64,000 nucleotides of DNA from Tubiluchus corallicola (lineage: Eukaryota; Animalia; Priapulida), in contig JAQGDQ010000344.1 of NCBI GenBank assembly GCA_030141605.1, positions 186,001 through 250,000 on the forward strand, written 5' to 3'. The number at the start of each line of letters is the position of its first letter. Positions within the stretch are counted from its first letter, which is position 1. The position numbers and the translations under genes were made by a program. Below are positions 44,055 through 58,222 of this stretch, in pieces. Below the pieces are notes generated by a model that worked only from the letters and a program-made list of their open reading frames with translations, was not told the DNA's origin and did no database searches.

Positions 44055-45148
44055 AACTGTTGCTTTTCACGACATTAGTAGTGGTTTTGAAGAATTAGCT
44101 GTGATTTGTTGTAGTTCTCAATTTATGTGCTACTTCAGAATGCACTAATTTGACTGCAACACATACACACATGCAGTAATAGAAAAAATGATTTGTGATG
44201 GGAAAAAGAAATTCTTAAAATAAAAATAACAGCCAACACCTACTTAAGCAAAGACATGACCTTTATTCAGACACAAACATCTGTAACGTTTCGATCATAA
44301 GATCGTCACGTTCACACAACAATCTAACTAAATAAAAAGTGTACAAAAATTACAAAAATCAACATCGGAAAAGTAAACAGGACAAATACTGAATACAGCT
44401 CGTGTGATACAAAGCAAAATTACAGAAAAAATAAATGTATGTTACTTCAACACAAGTTAGTGAGTGAAGTGTTCGATTCATTTGGGAGTCACTGGGTTTC
44501 GAGTACGATAATCACAAGTAGCTGTGTGACCAAATGATCATGTGGTTGAACTTCCAATCCAAACATCTCTGATTCAAAGCCAGACTCGCTACAATTTTTT
44601 TCTCATTATCACTTATAGCCTTGTAGCAGAAACAAACGTTTAGAATCCGAAGATAATCAGAGACAAATTCCTCTTTTATTAGCATTTAATATCTTGAGAT
44701 CACGAATGACAAACTGGGAATAACAAAATGTGACTTGCAAACTGTACGAGTGTGCTTTTCATGTACATTCGAGGTAAAAAATTGAGGAGGAACGCTAGTT
44801 TGAACTACGGAACTTCAGTTTTTAATTGAATATTATTGAAATGAGTGACACTTCTCGCTCAAAACTTGAATTTAATCACTATTATCTGAATGCCAATATT
44901 ATTATATATTATTATTAATGATGTTACTTTCACACCAGTAATTAAATTTTGATGCCAAACTTAAAGACAGTAATTGTAAAAAAGTGTGAATCCGGTCTGG
45001 TAGTTTTCACATTTCCTGTCTTTAAAGTTTGGTATGTACCTGTGGGTTTGTACCGTCATTCATGCAAAACTCGTTGTTTTTAACACAGTATTTGCTCTAT
45101 CACAGTGTAAATGTAATCATCGTCTATAATGCAGATGACTTTGAAATT

Positions 45149-46300
45149 TTACGTCATTCCTATCCACTCTGTAGGCCAGTAGTCATGTGGTACAAATTTA
45201 AACGTAGGATCAGCACTCGAGTCCACCATATGAGCATAATAGATGACTGTACCATCCAACATATAACCTGCCCACCAACCAAACGTACCTATAGTTGTAA
45301 TTAAGTGATCACAGAGATGACTTAAAATGTACAAATCTATTTCCGGTTTGGCGTTGAGGGGCATTAAAATTGCATCTTGTAACCGAACGTTCTGTTGTAT
45401 CCAATCACGGTCTTCGCCAAAAATAAGGAATACCACGTTTTGGTAATTTGCTTGAAAGTACGACATCGCTTTGGTTAGATATTCCTTCGTCGCTGCTTGT
45501 ATGTGTTTCAGCAGCAATAGATCCCCTCTTCTGATGTGAACTCCAACAAGAGTGGTCTTGTTACCAACTCTCCCGCTTAAAGAGCGCTCTAGTGTGTCTT
45601 TAGCAATAGCCACAGTGTCATCTGTAAACGTGAACTGATCAATAATATCATCTTTCCATTCATGGAAATATTTATAGGACTGTAAGTATCCTTCCACATT
45701 AACACTTTTCTCTGTTATTTCTCTCATTCTAAACACTTTTGGCATAAACAAGGATGGTTCATTTGGCTTGAACAAGACACGAAAGAAATTGTGCATCAAA
45801 ATGTCTTCAGATACCTTTACTGGAGTCGCCTTCAACTTGGTGAACACTTTGAACAAGGGGAAGTAGTTCTGAAGTATTGGCGTCATGTTATTGGCTCTTG
45901 CAATGCCGTAGAGAGAAGCGTACTCAAACATGTGATTGCCCAGACGTCCTGGAAAGATTCGACGAAGAGTAATGTAGTTGTTGCTTTGAGGAAGATATTC
46001 TTCGGTTCTATTGTTGTAAAGTGGGATAATTCCTTTGTATTTTGCTAATCTTTTTTCTTCCCTCTCTTTTTCTTCTTCTGTCATAAATGATTTGCTGTCT
46101 TCAGTGGACCACCTCGCCTGTCCCTGTATCTCGGTGTTGTGCAGGGAGGTAGGAACATCTGCTGCGCCATTTTCCGTGCCGTCTTTTCTCGATGAAGCAT
46201 CTTTACGAGTTTGCATGAACACGCCATAAAAACAAATGCAAAGAAATAAACTGAGAGCATATCGTTCTGGTTGCGAAACTCGGTGGAGACGCCAATCCAT
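45149..46300 (-). CDS. Alpha-1,2-fucosyltransferase (glycosyltransferase family 11, FUT1/FUT2-like), type II membrane protein, 383 aa, single coding exon
   Basis: N-terminal TM (YALSLFLCICFYGVFM) and GT11 motifs GRLGNHMFEYA, GYLQSYKYF, VGVHIRRGD, GTFGWWAGY. An acceptor at about 46332 just upstream of the ATG implies a non-coding 5' exon. Confidence 0.92.
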   Translation of the reverse strand: MDWRLHRVSQPERYALSLFLCICFYGVFMQTRKDASSRKDGTENGAADVPTSLHNTEIQGQARWSTEDSKSFMTEEEKEREEKRLAKYKGIIPLYNNRTEEYLPQSNNYITLRRIFPGRLGNHMFEYASLYGIARANNMTPILQNYFPLFKVFTKLKATPVKVSEDILMHNFFRVLFKPNEPSLFMPKVFRMREITEKSVNVEGYLQSYKYFHEWKDDIIDQFTFTDDTVAIAKDTLERSLSGRVGNKTTLVGVHIRRGDLLLLKHIQAATKEYLTKAMSYFQANYQNVVFLIFGEDRDWIQQNVRLQDAILMPLNAKPEIDLYILSHLCDHLITTIGTFGWWAGYMLDGTVIYYAHMVDSSADPTFKFVPHDYWPTEWIGMT

Positions 46301-46599
46301 CAGATTGTGATTATTCTGACGTCAGCATTTCCTGTAATCATGACATTAATGCAATTTTAACACAATTACGTAATAACCAATTAGTTTGTGCAACTAAAGC
46401 AGAGAGAAAGAACAGAAAAAGAGAGGGAGAGAGAGAGAGGGGAGAGAGAGGGAGGTAGGGAGGAAAGAGAGAGGGAGAGGGAGAGAGAGTGCAAATCGTG
46501 AATGCTTTTCATGGAGTTTCTGTGGAAGCACGCATGTTCCAGCTGAACTATGAACTTTGTAGTATATGAGGCGTAATGAGTTATGATAAAAAACCACAA

Positions 46600-47165
46600 T
46601 GTATTATAACCAGTAAAGTTTTTTTTTCAAAAATGACTTACGTGAAAGAATTATTACCATACAATTTCGCATTCGCGCCACTAGTTCTTCGCTGTTACAT
46701 GCATTTCGCCATATTCGCTGGTTAGACGGGCACTAGCGCCTGCATTTCGGAAACGCATTGCACAAAAAACAGGTGCTGTATCTCTCAGTCAGATGTGTTA
46801 GTTTGTGACGAACTACACACGTTCGACAGTTCATGCGTGAGCACAGCGGTAAATTTGAAACTCGAATATTATCTTAGAGCTTGCCATGTTTTAGTACAAT
46901 ACACTGAATCTCTTACAGAAGCACTGTACTTCAATTTTCACTTTCGCAAACACGTGCAAAACGTACAACAGAATGTTTTTGATGTTGAAAATTATGTTAG
47001 TTTGTGATGTCATCAATAGTTGGGCTCGCTCGCTGTTGATTATGTTTTTACTGTATTATTAAATTATCAGAAACGCTTTTGCACTATTAACTGTGTTAAA
47101 ATGTATACTTTCTATCAAACTTGAAAATGAGATAGTATGTGAAAAATCATCCTGTCTTCCTTTAA
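46600..47165 (+). mobile_element. TTAA-flanked Kolobok-like MITE, family 3, copy 1
   Basis: Ends CATCCTGTCTTCCT|TTAA; homologous to 53920-54513, 56459-56999 and 58223-58797. Confidence 0.7.
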
Positions 47166-48551
47166 GATAAGATCGTTTTCCACTCAAAATTAAATGCTCT
47201 TTATGATCAGTTTTTATCTGTTCTTTTTGGCTTCTTCTGCACTGTGGGTGCAATTATTTCCTGACACTCCGTAGCATTTGCCAGTATATAAATGCAAGAA
47301 GTCCAAATCACAATAACATTTAGTGAAAAACACGAGTCTAAAAAGATACACGCATTACAATTCCAATGAGCAAAAATTCAAATACTTCCAGATGTACTTT
47401 TTCTAACTTGCAAAATTTAGTTCATTTTCTTGTTCTACTGAAATTTTCAATGATATGGCTTATATAAAAACATACTTATATACACACAGATGCACACCCT
47501 GAATCCTGGCTCGTACGCCTATGATTACGACTCGCCAAGCTCATAGTGCAGTGCATAGTATTATCGAGCCATGGTATAGTAATAATGATGATAACGATGA
47601 TGACGACGACGACGACGACGACGACTACTGCGGCGACGATGATGATAATGATGATGATTAAGACGATAGAAGAAGATGATGATGATGCTGTTGAAAATTG
47701 TGTTCGTTTGTGATGTCCGTTAATTAAGTTTTAACGTATTATTTATTTATCAGAAACGCTTTTGCAGCATTAATTGTGTTAAAATGTATACTTTTATCGG
47801 TCTTCCTTTAACATTTAAATCATTCTGTGTTTTTGTGAGAACGAAAACCGAGTCAGTTTTAAAGTAATTTGGCAGTTGAGCAATTCGTTGACTATATATC
47901 AAAGACTATATCTTACCTGAATCGTTGTGCTCGATAGCTCTAGGCTTTAGACATAACTCTAGTTCGTAACTTCATAACTTTGTTGCTTTTTGCGGAAATT
48001 ATGCACGATGTAATTGCCTACAGTTCCCTGTTGCACAAAAAATGACTGATGGAATACCCCACTGATTTTGCTAACGCAAGGATTTTGAGCGCTTGGGGGT
48101 TGCTGACCTTTTGTTGGGAAAACCAATTTTCTGCACGTCAACGCACGGTTAGAGATGCAATTCATGCATGTAGAGCGGCGGAGGGAGTTTGTATGAGGGG
48201 TGCCTCAAACAGTCTCTGTTCATTTATTTTTATTTGCCTTTCTGAATACATTATAGATGTTTTCTAGTCATCAAATTTGTTGCCTGTTTTTTTTTCGAAC
48301 TTTTCTCCAATCTCGGATGCTTGTTATGGCAATCTATGAGAAGTCTTTTGGTATTTAAACTTTAACTGGGTAAGCATTATTTTAACCACGAGAGATTTTC
48401 TCGACGCAAGATTCCCCTGCTCATTGGACTGATCGCTACAGCCCTCTGGAGTGGAGTATTGTAATTTGACAGAAAAATTTATGCAACAAGACTAAAGCCC
48501 CTCAAGAAATTGAAAATATTAGTAATGTAAACATTCTAACGTGACATGATA

Positions 48552-48589
<38 letters not shown>

Positions 48590-49480
48590 AAAATCCTGTA
48601 TACCAAAGCGACAGTATTTATATACAGAGTGATTACATTTTTCCCCGCCCATATTCTTGTAAATATAAAATGATTTGTTTTAGTATCTGTACGTTGCAAA
48701 TATCAATGTTTACTGTGTTTGTAGTGATAGCTATGCACCTGACGCATTTGTCTTTTTACAGTGTTTTATGCACTGATGAGTGTAATATGCAGATGTAATT
48801 TTTATTAACATTTGTAATCTTCAGAAGTTTTATAAGACAATTAAAGATTTTATCTATATATATATATTAGTAGACATCACATAATACTTAGTAGACGTCA
48901 CAATTTAATATTTGATCATGGGAATTTCTATCCCGACACCTTACAGTGTCTTTATTAAGTATAGAGATAGCTTTGCCTCTAAACGTGGGGGAAAACCTGC
49001 TCCGTCAATTATCACGGCAATCAGGTCTTTCCCAACGAGTTATTTCCTGCCTTAGACTTTATACAAGGCCTATTCATTTAACACATTACACTGTTAAAGA
49101 TGGGATAAGACAGGTTTCCTATTGTACATACGTGCACAATAAAACTACAGAAGTAATTATGTACTCTTACTTTAACTACTTCGTACAGTAATTCGCTTAT
49201 TTCGGAAATGAGTTTCCGACAACGAAATTAATGACGTTAATTAATCAATTAAACTCTGCAAAGTTCTATAATTACAGCATCAGTAACAAAACGTTGCCGA
49301 AGCACTATATTTTGTAATTTTAACTGAACAAAATAAAATCAAATTTGTGGCGCAGTGGAAAAGGTGAAGCAAAAACAAAAAGTATTTTGGCACAAATGTT
49401 AAATTAAAATAAGCTAATGTTTGTTTTTAATATTATACCAATCTCTCACAGTGTCTTTTTTCTTTTAGCAGCAATTTCTT

Positions 49481-50482
49481 TTAAAGGAAAGATCAAGCCT
49501 TCTAGGAGGCAAGCCTTGTTTCGATGTTCGCGAAAAATGTTAGAAGGAATTAGTAACAAAACTGCAATAAGCGCCTCCTGAAATTAGTAAAATCACTTTA
49601 AAGTCGTGATCACTTCATGCTGTGGCGCTCCCATTTTCAAAACCCATTCTTCTTCCAATGACGTCATACGTCCCTAAGAAATCTATCAATCTTCATCAAA
49701 AGTATAATAAATTTTTAAAAAAATTAGGTAGCTAATATTGCATTATTTTTACGTGAACATTAGCTAAGCTGCAGAAGTTTGAATTAATTTAAGCTGCTTG
49801 CGCTTACGGAAAGCCACGATGCGCTTACGAAAAGTCACGAAGTCTCCCAGTTATGTCATAATTTTCAAGTGAATGGCGGCATCCACCACACCTGAAAATT
49901 TCTATTCAGAGGTAGCATATTTTAAACTTTATGCTTCATAGGCAGTTGTTTGCAAATTTCTTTGTTATATTTTTCTACGTTTAAGTTATAACAGTAAAAT
50001 AAACCTAACACACTGAGCGACTTGTTCTTTTCTTTGAAAAAACTACCGGGAAAACTTAGCAGACAAGCGAAACTGTTATGCTTAGACGAGTGATTCTCAA
50101 ACGGAAGACACTTGACTCACAAATAGGGAAGGAATTTCAAAACTAGGGGAGAACTTTTGCCAGGGGAGAAATTGGAGAGGAATTCAACTAGAAAGAGGAA
50201 TATTTGGTGGGAAGGAATTGGATTTAAATGAAGAACTCTCAATCGGGAAAGAATGTTCGATTTTACACTTGTTATGAAACACTTAAAACCCCATCTCTTT
50301 AATGTTTAAATAACTATTTTAGTAACTTTGTAGTTGTAACATTCTCTCAATTGCTGTAAAGCGCTCTGAGACATGTTGTGTAAGGCGCTTAACAAAAATA
50401 AAATAATAATAATAACAATAACAATTTATTAATAATTATATAATGAATAATAATAATAATAAATTATATAATTATTAATGAA

Positions 50483-50531
<49 letters not shown>

Positions 50532-51285
50532 ATCCCAATAAAACATCAATATACAGAAGAGTTGGCTTCTCTGATCCATGCTTGTGTTGCATCAGAATTC
50601 AAATAGAAGATTTGTTTTCCCAGAATTTTGTTATCTAATCAACCAGCAAGTCAATAATCAATCATTGAGCTTCAATAGCAATCAGTACCTTAAAAATGTA
50701 ACTTGAACTTAGACGTGAACACATTCGCTATTTTCTAGTTAATAAAAACCTGAATACAAATATTTGAACCAGTATATGGTCAGCAGTTGATTTTTGCAAT
50801 TGAAGTCAGAATATTAGTCAGAAAAGAATTGCCAGTCGCGAATACCTGCTTACTTATTAAAGAAAAGTACAAGCCTCTTTGTATGTTGGGTTTATTTTAC
50901 CGTTATCCCTTAAACTGAGAAAAATATAACAAAGAAATTTGCATAAAGCATAAATCTAGAATATACTACCTCTGAATAGATACCGCCTAAACTAATTCAA
51001 ACTTCTGTAGCTTAGCTAATGTTCACGAATAAATATTACAAAATCAGTATTCTATTTTTTTGCAAAAACTTATTATACTTTCACAGAATTTAACAGGGCG
51101 CTACTTTTCTTCACCTGTTGAGTGACGTCATTGCCGGAACAATGGGCGTTCAAAATGGAAGCGCCGAACCGTGAAATGAAGGCGACTTTAAATTTGTTTT
51201 ACTGGCTACGGGAGGCGCTTATTCTAACATTTTCCCTGAACATCGAAAAAAGCCCAGCTTCATAGAAGACTTGTCGTTTTCTTTA
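49481..51285. mobile_element. Two oppositely oriented copies of a TTAA-AG-terminated repeat (family 4) flanking an L2-like 3' tail
   Basis: 49481-49790 matches the reverse complement of 50990-51285. TGTAAAGCGCTCTGAG..AAGGCGCTTAACAAAAATAAAA(TAA)n lies at 50356-50420. Confidence 0.6.
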
Positions 51286-51367
51286 ATTTCTCTCCCTCCC
51301 CAGAAGGCTGAATAAAAACTGAATATATAATTGATACTGATAATGATGATAAATCTTTATTTGCACA

Positions 51368-51369
<2 letters not shown>

Positions 51370-51452
<83 letters not shown>

Positions 51453-51538
51453 CACACACACACACGCACGCACGCACGCACGCACGCACGCACACACGCA
51501 CGCACGCACGCACGCACGCACACAGACACACACACACA
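51370..51538. repeat. (CA)n/(CACG)n microsatellite
   Basis: Direct reading. Confidence 0.95.
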
Positions 51539-52267
51539 TATATATGTATGTATATAAATATGTATATACAAGTATATATACAGTACGGTCAATTATAATT
51601 ATGTTCTTAGTACATGTACCACAAACTTGCTTATAAAACATTTTAGCAAATATCTGTAATAATTAAGGTCCATAATAAGAGAATTCATTTAGATTACACT
51701 GTTAAGAAAGTATTAAAAATGACAAACTTTTCTACATGCACGCTTTATTTACAAGTATATAAGAACAAAGACTTTTGCTAAAATTTACCATGAAACCAGG
51801 ATAATTTTTGCCTATATATAACCAGGTCATATATAAAGTTTTTAAGAACTCCCGAAGACACAACAGCTTCTTTTTATTATTCCATAATCTCAAAAGCACG
51901 TTTAAACGACGCGTTATAATAATATTCAGATTTTTTGCTCGCGTTCACACGTAGTTTATTAAAACGACACTGCTAATTAGGGCAAACAAAGCCAATGAAG
52001 TGTCACGTGACCACAGGGAAGCCAGCAGTGTTGACAGGATTTGGCGCGGCAAGCACACCAGCGTGGCTGCATGGCTTATATGAAACAGTTGTTGAAGACG
52101 ATTGTTATTTGTAAACGATGTGGGAAAAGTGAAAATACAGGAAAGTAAAAGATTAGTGCTCCGGTTCATGGCCAAGAATACAAAAAATTCACGTTATTGT
52201 GAACTAACCTGGACAAAAGCTTTAGAAGTTAGAAAATACGCGATATAAACTTTATAAAGTTGTGAAA

Positions 52268-54757
52268 ATGAACGCCGTTTGGTTTATTGGTTTAATAGTT
52301 TTGACAACTTTCGTTAGATCAGACGCCGGGTATGTTACTTCCTATTTTCTTATTTGGTCTCCAACGCTTCGTTGCTTCGAAGGGAATTCTTACCCTTAAT
52401 AAAAAATATAATACTTAGTTATATTACGCATATCTGTTTGAGAGACTTATGTAACCGTAAAAGAAACTTCTTAGTAATTTAAAATGATCTCGTCACCTAC
52501 TAATGTCTCATTGTTTCACAATCCCAGCGTGCACGCCACTGGTTCACCCAAAGACATATTAGTAATCTTATTGACAGTATAAAGTAATTTAAGCTTTTAC
52601 TTTGTTATTGAAGCGTGCGTTATGAATGCTCTGATTATTTTTACCAAGTTTGCGCAATGTTATCCAAACTTGTTTCAGACAATCTACATTAAAATGGCTG
52701 CACTAACGGTCATTGTGGGAGTTTAATTTTCAAGTCTTATGTTACGTTGCTACTAACACAAGCTCTTTGTGCAATAAGACAGCATGTAGGTGATACAAAA
52801 TTTTACAACGAATTTTTTAACTTCAAGTAAGAATAATGTTTTCTTCTACTTTGAAGAAGAAATAAAGACAGATATTCATAGTAAATAAACATGCTTCTTA
52901 AATAACCGATATATCCACTTTCATTGCTTTAAAAAACTGGCATAAAAACTCCTAATTGTAGAATTAGAAAGTCTCTTATTTTTTAGAGAAATAAGATACA
53001 AGAAAAGATAACTTATGTAAATGTATTTTGTTTTGTAATACATTTTATGATTTGCTTACAAGCTGGTACCGTTTGCTGTAAAATAAGTAACAGAGAAAGG
53101 GAGTTAGAGTTACTTCTAAGAGTAATGTATTTGATGTATGTGCGGTAACAGAAAAAGTGAGTTATTTCTAAGAGTAATGTATTTTATGTAACAGAAAAAG
53201 AGAGTTACTTCTAAGAGTAACGTATTTGATGTAACAGAAAAAGGGAGTTACTTCTAAGGGTAATGTATTTTATTTGATGTAACAGAAAAAGAGAGTTACT
53301 TCTAAGAGTAATGTAGTTGATTAACAGGAAAAGGGAGTTACTTCTAAGGGTAATGTATTTGATGTAACAGAAAAAGGTAGTTACTTCTGAGAGTAAAATA
53401 TATTTGATGTAACAGAAAAAGGGAGTTCCTTCTAACGGTAATGTGTTTGATGTTCTTTCTAGGCTCCGACAGGCTAGGTTTCAAATACCAGCTTTCAACG
53501 ATTCAACAATTATTACAACGATCATTCATCAATATCTTTTTCAATATTTTTTAAAAATTTACAAACTTTTACAACAGTTGAATTAATTGTCAAATATTGG
53601 CAAATTGACTGAATGATTATTGATTGATTGGTAATTCTACTTGACGAAGCTATGCTTCCAAGTATGCAGTAATAGCACAGCACGCCCTCTTGGATAAAAC
53701 AAATACATGTATATTGAATATTATTACGCTTAATTAGCGCCACGTTGGACATGTAAATTTCAATCTCCGACGTTAGGTACGGTAGGCAGCTGTTTTAGTA
53801 GCTGGTCTTAAAAACTTAAAGGGAGTAATTTTACATTTTGTAAACACAGAAGAAACAGTAGCAATGTATAAGTCATTGATTTAGTAATACTGAAACATAT
53901 TATGACTTCCTGAATAAGCTTAAAAGAAAACAGGATGACATTTCACATTCTACCACAATTTGAAGTATGGTTAAAAAAAACTATACATTTCAACACCTAT
54001 GATAATGCCAATGTGTTTCTGATAATTAAATAATAAGTTAAAACCTTAATTAATGATGAGCAAGCCCTTTGGTGGCTAGAGATGACATCACAAATAAACA
54101 TAAGCCAAAATTAAAGTGCAGTGCCACTGTAAGATATTCAGTGTAATATACAAAAATTCCACAAATTTTAAGATAGCAATTTAAATTCAAAAATTACCGC
54201 TCTGCTCACGCATGAGCTCTCGAACATGTGTATTACGTCACAAACGAACTCGTCAAAACTGAGAGGTACAGCACCTGTTCTTCATGCAACGTGTTTCCGA
54301 AATGAAGGCGCTAGTGCTCGTTTGACTAACGAATGGCGAAATGCCTGTAACAGTGAGGAACTAACCGCGGGAACACGAAATAGCTCTTGTGTGGTAATAA
54401 TTCTTTCATGTGAGTCGTAAGTCTTTCTTTTAAAAATGGCATGTTCACTTTCAATATTTTAAAGAGTAGATTGTTTTGACCTACAGTTTAAGATTGAGTC
54501 CTGTTTTCCTTTTTATAATAAAATAATTCGTGAGTAAGGTGAGTAAGCTGTTCATGTAATTATTTTTCTGAGTTACTGATGAATGCTAGATGGCGGGATA
54601 GTAACTTCATGGAAGACACAAATGCACATGGCGTGTATAATTCAAATTGTTAAGAAGTTTCTTTTTTTATTCACACAGAATTTTCATTTTGCCCCCCCAA
54701 GTGATAAAACACCACATTCTTCCAGGTGCAGAATTCTGCAGCGAGACTATTTCTTAA
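52268..54757 (+). CDS. Candidate small secreted peptide gene (about 52 aa, 3 exons)
   Basis: Exon 52268-52329 (MNAVWFIGLIVLTTFVRSDA, signal-like, donor gtatgt), candidate 15-nt micro-exon 53463-53477 (GLRQA), candidate exon 54679-54757 (RIFILPPQVIKHHILPGAEFCSETIS*). Phases are consistent; no recognisable homology. Confidence 0.3.
53087..53452 (+). repeat. About 40-45-bp minisatellite, about 8 units
   Basis: GTAACAGAAAAAGGGAGTTACTTCTAAGAGTAATGTATTTGAT units. Confidence 0.9.
53920..54513 (-). mobile_element. Kolobok-like MITE, family 3, copy 2
   Basis: TTAA AAGAAAACAGGATGA ... GAGTCCTGTTTTCCTTTTA, inverted relative to copy 1. Confidence 0.7.
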
Positions 54758-55357
54758 AAAAGAGATTTGAGTCGAAATGTTAAGAATTTAAGTGTATAAT
54801 TTAATCAGCAACTGTTTGAAATGAAGAACAGGTTTTTACTCAATGAGAAAGAATCAAAAAGTTGAGCTGGAAAAATCAATCAGCGTTTTACAGTGTGTCA
54901 GCACTATGCATTTTCATAGTGGTATTTGATGTTTGTCTAAATTTGACAAGTCTAACAAACAAAAACTTTTTCAGCCCGAACAAGGCGCCGCGCCTGATCT
55001 CTTTGCTTTTACCCTGATGCAGATGGAATTTTAAAAATCAGAAAATAACTTAATCAATCATGCAGGATCAACTAACGCAACAAACAAATTTGTGAAATGG
55101 CTGGATTTTCTAAACAGTGAATTTAGCTGGCTGTTCTTGCAATGGCAAGTTTACTTTAGTAAAAGTTTGATCAACAGACGGTGATACAATTAAATGAAAG
55201 CAAATGAAGCCATCTTCAAACTTTGAACAGGAAATCAACTTAAATGCAAGGAAGCCAGCAAGTTTCTAGTGATCTAAATAAAATTAGAGACTGAACTGTA
55301 CAGCCAGTCAGGAGCAGAAAGTAAAATTGGGAGAGAAGAAGAGAAGAAAAGAAATTG

Positions 55358-55829
<472 letters not shown>

Positions 55830-56458
55830 TTGCTGTAGAATATACTGGTGTAAACAATGGTTTTTGGTTACAAGTAACAACGGCTTTTCAGCGTATAAAA
55901 TTATTTACACAAGAGAGCATTTCGTACAAAAACTTTAACATAGTCAACATTTCGATGTTAAAACACTCAATATTTCAACCAGTGGCTTATGCGAAACGAG
56001 GAAAGTTTTAAATTCAGTGCTGACAGTACAGGTAGGAAAAGTAGAAAAAGTTAATTCACTGCACCAACTTTCTAATAGAATTTATAAGCGTGCAACAAAG
56101 CGTAGATGTCTGGTAAACAGACAGTTCCTTCACCTATAACTACTCCAATAGTCACGATAACCACAAATACCCCACTGATTCGATCCAGTTAGGAAAATAT
56201 TTATACATATTCCGGGAAATAACATGTCTCAAATATGGTTCAAGTTTTCCAAGTTTCTGACGACCAGTGGGCTATTATAACAGCTTAGAATGTTTAGTTA
56301 GCATCACTGAGGCCGTCAGTTATTGCAAATGCAAAAGTAAGTTAGCGCAGTGGTATTTCCGGTCAAAACCGGAAGCCGATGTGACTTTTGGTTTGTAAAT
56401 TCAATTCTTTAGCTTGTTTAACAAAGGGCAAGTCATGAGAGAAAGTGGACAATACATT

Positions 56459-56999
56459 TTAAAAGAAAACCGGACTCAATCTTAAACTGCAAGTCAAAGA
56501 GATATACTCTTTATAATATTGAAAAGCAACATACTATTTTCAAAGAATGACTTACATGAAAAAAAAATCATTCCCACACAAAAGTAATTTCGTGTTCCCG
56601 CGGCTAGTTCCTCGCTCTTACACGCATTTCGCCATTCGCTAGTTTGACGGGTGCTAGTGCTTGCATTTCGGAAACGCATTGTACAAAAATTGGAATTTGA
56701 AATTTTATCTTAAAACTTGCCTAGTATTTGTACAACACGCTGAATCTCTTACAGTAGCACTGTACTTCAATTTTCGCTTTTGCAAACACGTGTAACACGC
56801 TCGTGGAATGTTTTTGCTTTTGAAAATTATGTTACTTTGTGATGTCAACCCCAGTTGGGCTCGCCCGCCGTTAATTAATATTTTAATCTATTGTTTAATT
56901 ATCAGAAACGCTTTTGCACTATTAATGGTGTTAAAATGTATACTTTTATCGCACTTGAAAATTTTGTAGTATATGAAAAATCATCCTGTCTTCCTTTAA
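56459..56999 (+). mobile_element. Kolobok-like MITE, family 3, copy 3
   Basis: TTAA AAGAAAACCGGACTC ... TCATCCTGTCTTCCT TTAA. Confidence 0.7.
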
Positions 57000-57578
57000 C
57001 TTCTTGTAAGTCTTTTCTCCGAGTTCTGCTTCATAATTTCAGGGAAAACCTTAACTGGTGCTTTTTTAAACTGATATGAAAATTAGTGCAATAATATTTG
57101 TGTGCATTAGTAAAACATAAAATCGTCTATACGTTAAAAGAGAGATTATATCTTATAATTTTAAGCTGAAATGTGTTAATTGTTTTTCGTTAAACAAGAA
57201 ATAAGTCATTGAGCACTTAAATTTAAGATTCCTCACGAAAATAGAACGCATTATTTCTACCATGCGACAATTTTCCTCGTAAGGAGGACGCATAGCTTCT
57301 AGTTAGAAACAAAATTTCTCACGAAGAACTGCACGAGGAAATTTCCCCGTGAGGTGTCACTGTGAACTGCGCCAATGAAAACAATGCGTTCCATTTTCGC
57401 GTGGAATGCCGCAAAGAATTTGTCCTTGACGAATTTTGACGCGTGTCATCACTGTGAAATGGGTTTTAAATCGCGAAATTTTTAGATGTTGATTGCACGA
57501 ATAAACTAATGTAAATATGTATGTTGAGCGAGACTGTTTATACAAGAAGTAAATGTATATATTTATATTCCATGACCA

Positions 57579-57966
57579 CAGGGGCGTATCTACTAATGTG
57601 CAAACTAGGCTGTAGACTAGGGCGCCAGATTTTAGGAGTCCAGTGTTAAAAAATTCTCTCCTTGGAAAATGTGTATCCTTTCGTATTCATAAAAAGCGCA
57701 TATTTTACAACACACCGCAAGCGCATGCTTTTATGTAAGTACACTAATTACATAGAAAGTACTACACCACAAGCAGTTGCGCAGCCTGACTGGATATAAA
57801 AGCTACGCAAATATACGTAATAACATGCTCGTAGATAATAGTAACGTTAACACACCACAAGTAATTGTGCAATCCTACAGGTATATAAATAGCCGTGTAG
57901 CCATGATAGAAATGAGTTAGACCTGCACTATCGGTCAAGGGCGCCGTAACGCCTGATACGCCCCTG
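57579..57966. mobile_element. hAT-type MITE
   Basis: CAGGGGCGTATC ... GATACGCCCCTG, with degenerate 8-bp TSD CATGACCA / TATGATCA. Confidence 0.75.
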
Positions 57967-58222
57967 TATGATCAAAACTTCAATAAACCACCAGCTAAGA
58001 CGAACTCAGTCCTTATATCACATTTTATAATCTCCTTTTCTGAAAACTTGCATTTTTAAATGTTTATATCTTTACAAACTTACAGCTTCGAGCTTTTTAA
58101 ATCGTTATATCTTTTTTTATATTACAAGCCTATATCTTTACGAGGCTGTATCTTTACAAGCAACAAAATTCCCTGCAAACTATGTGCAACGTCTAACCAT
58201 CTGTTAACATGAACGAAATATC

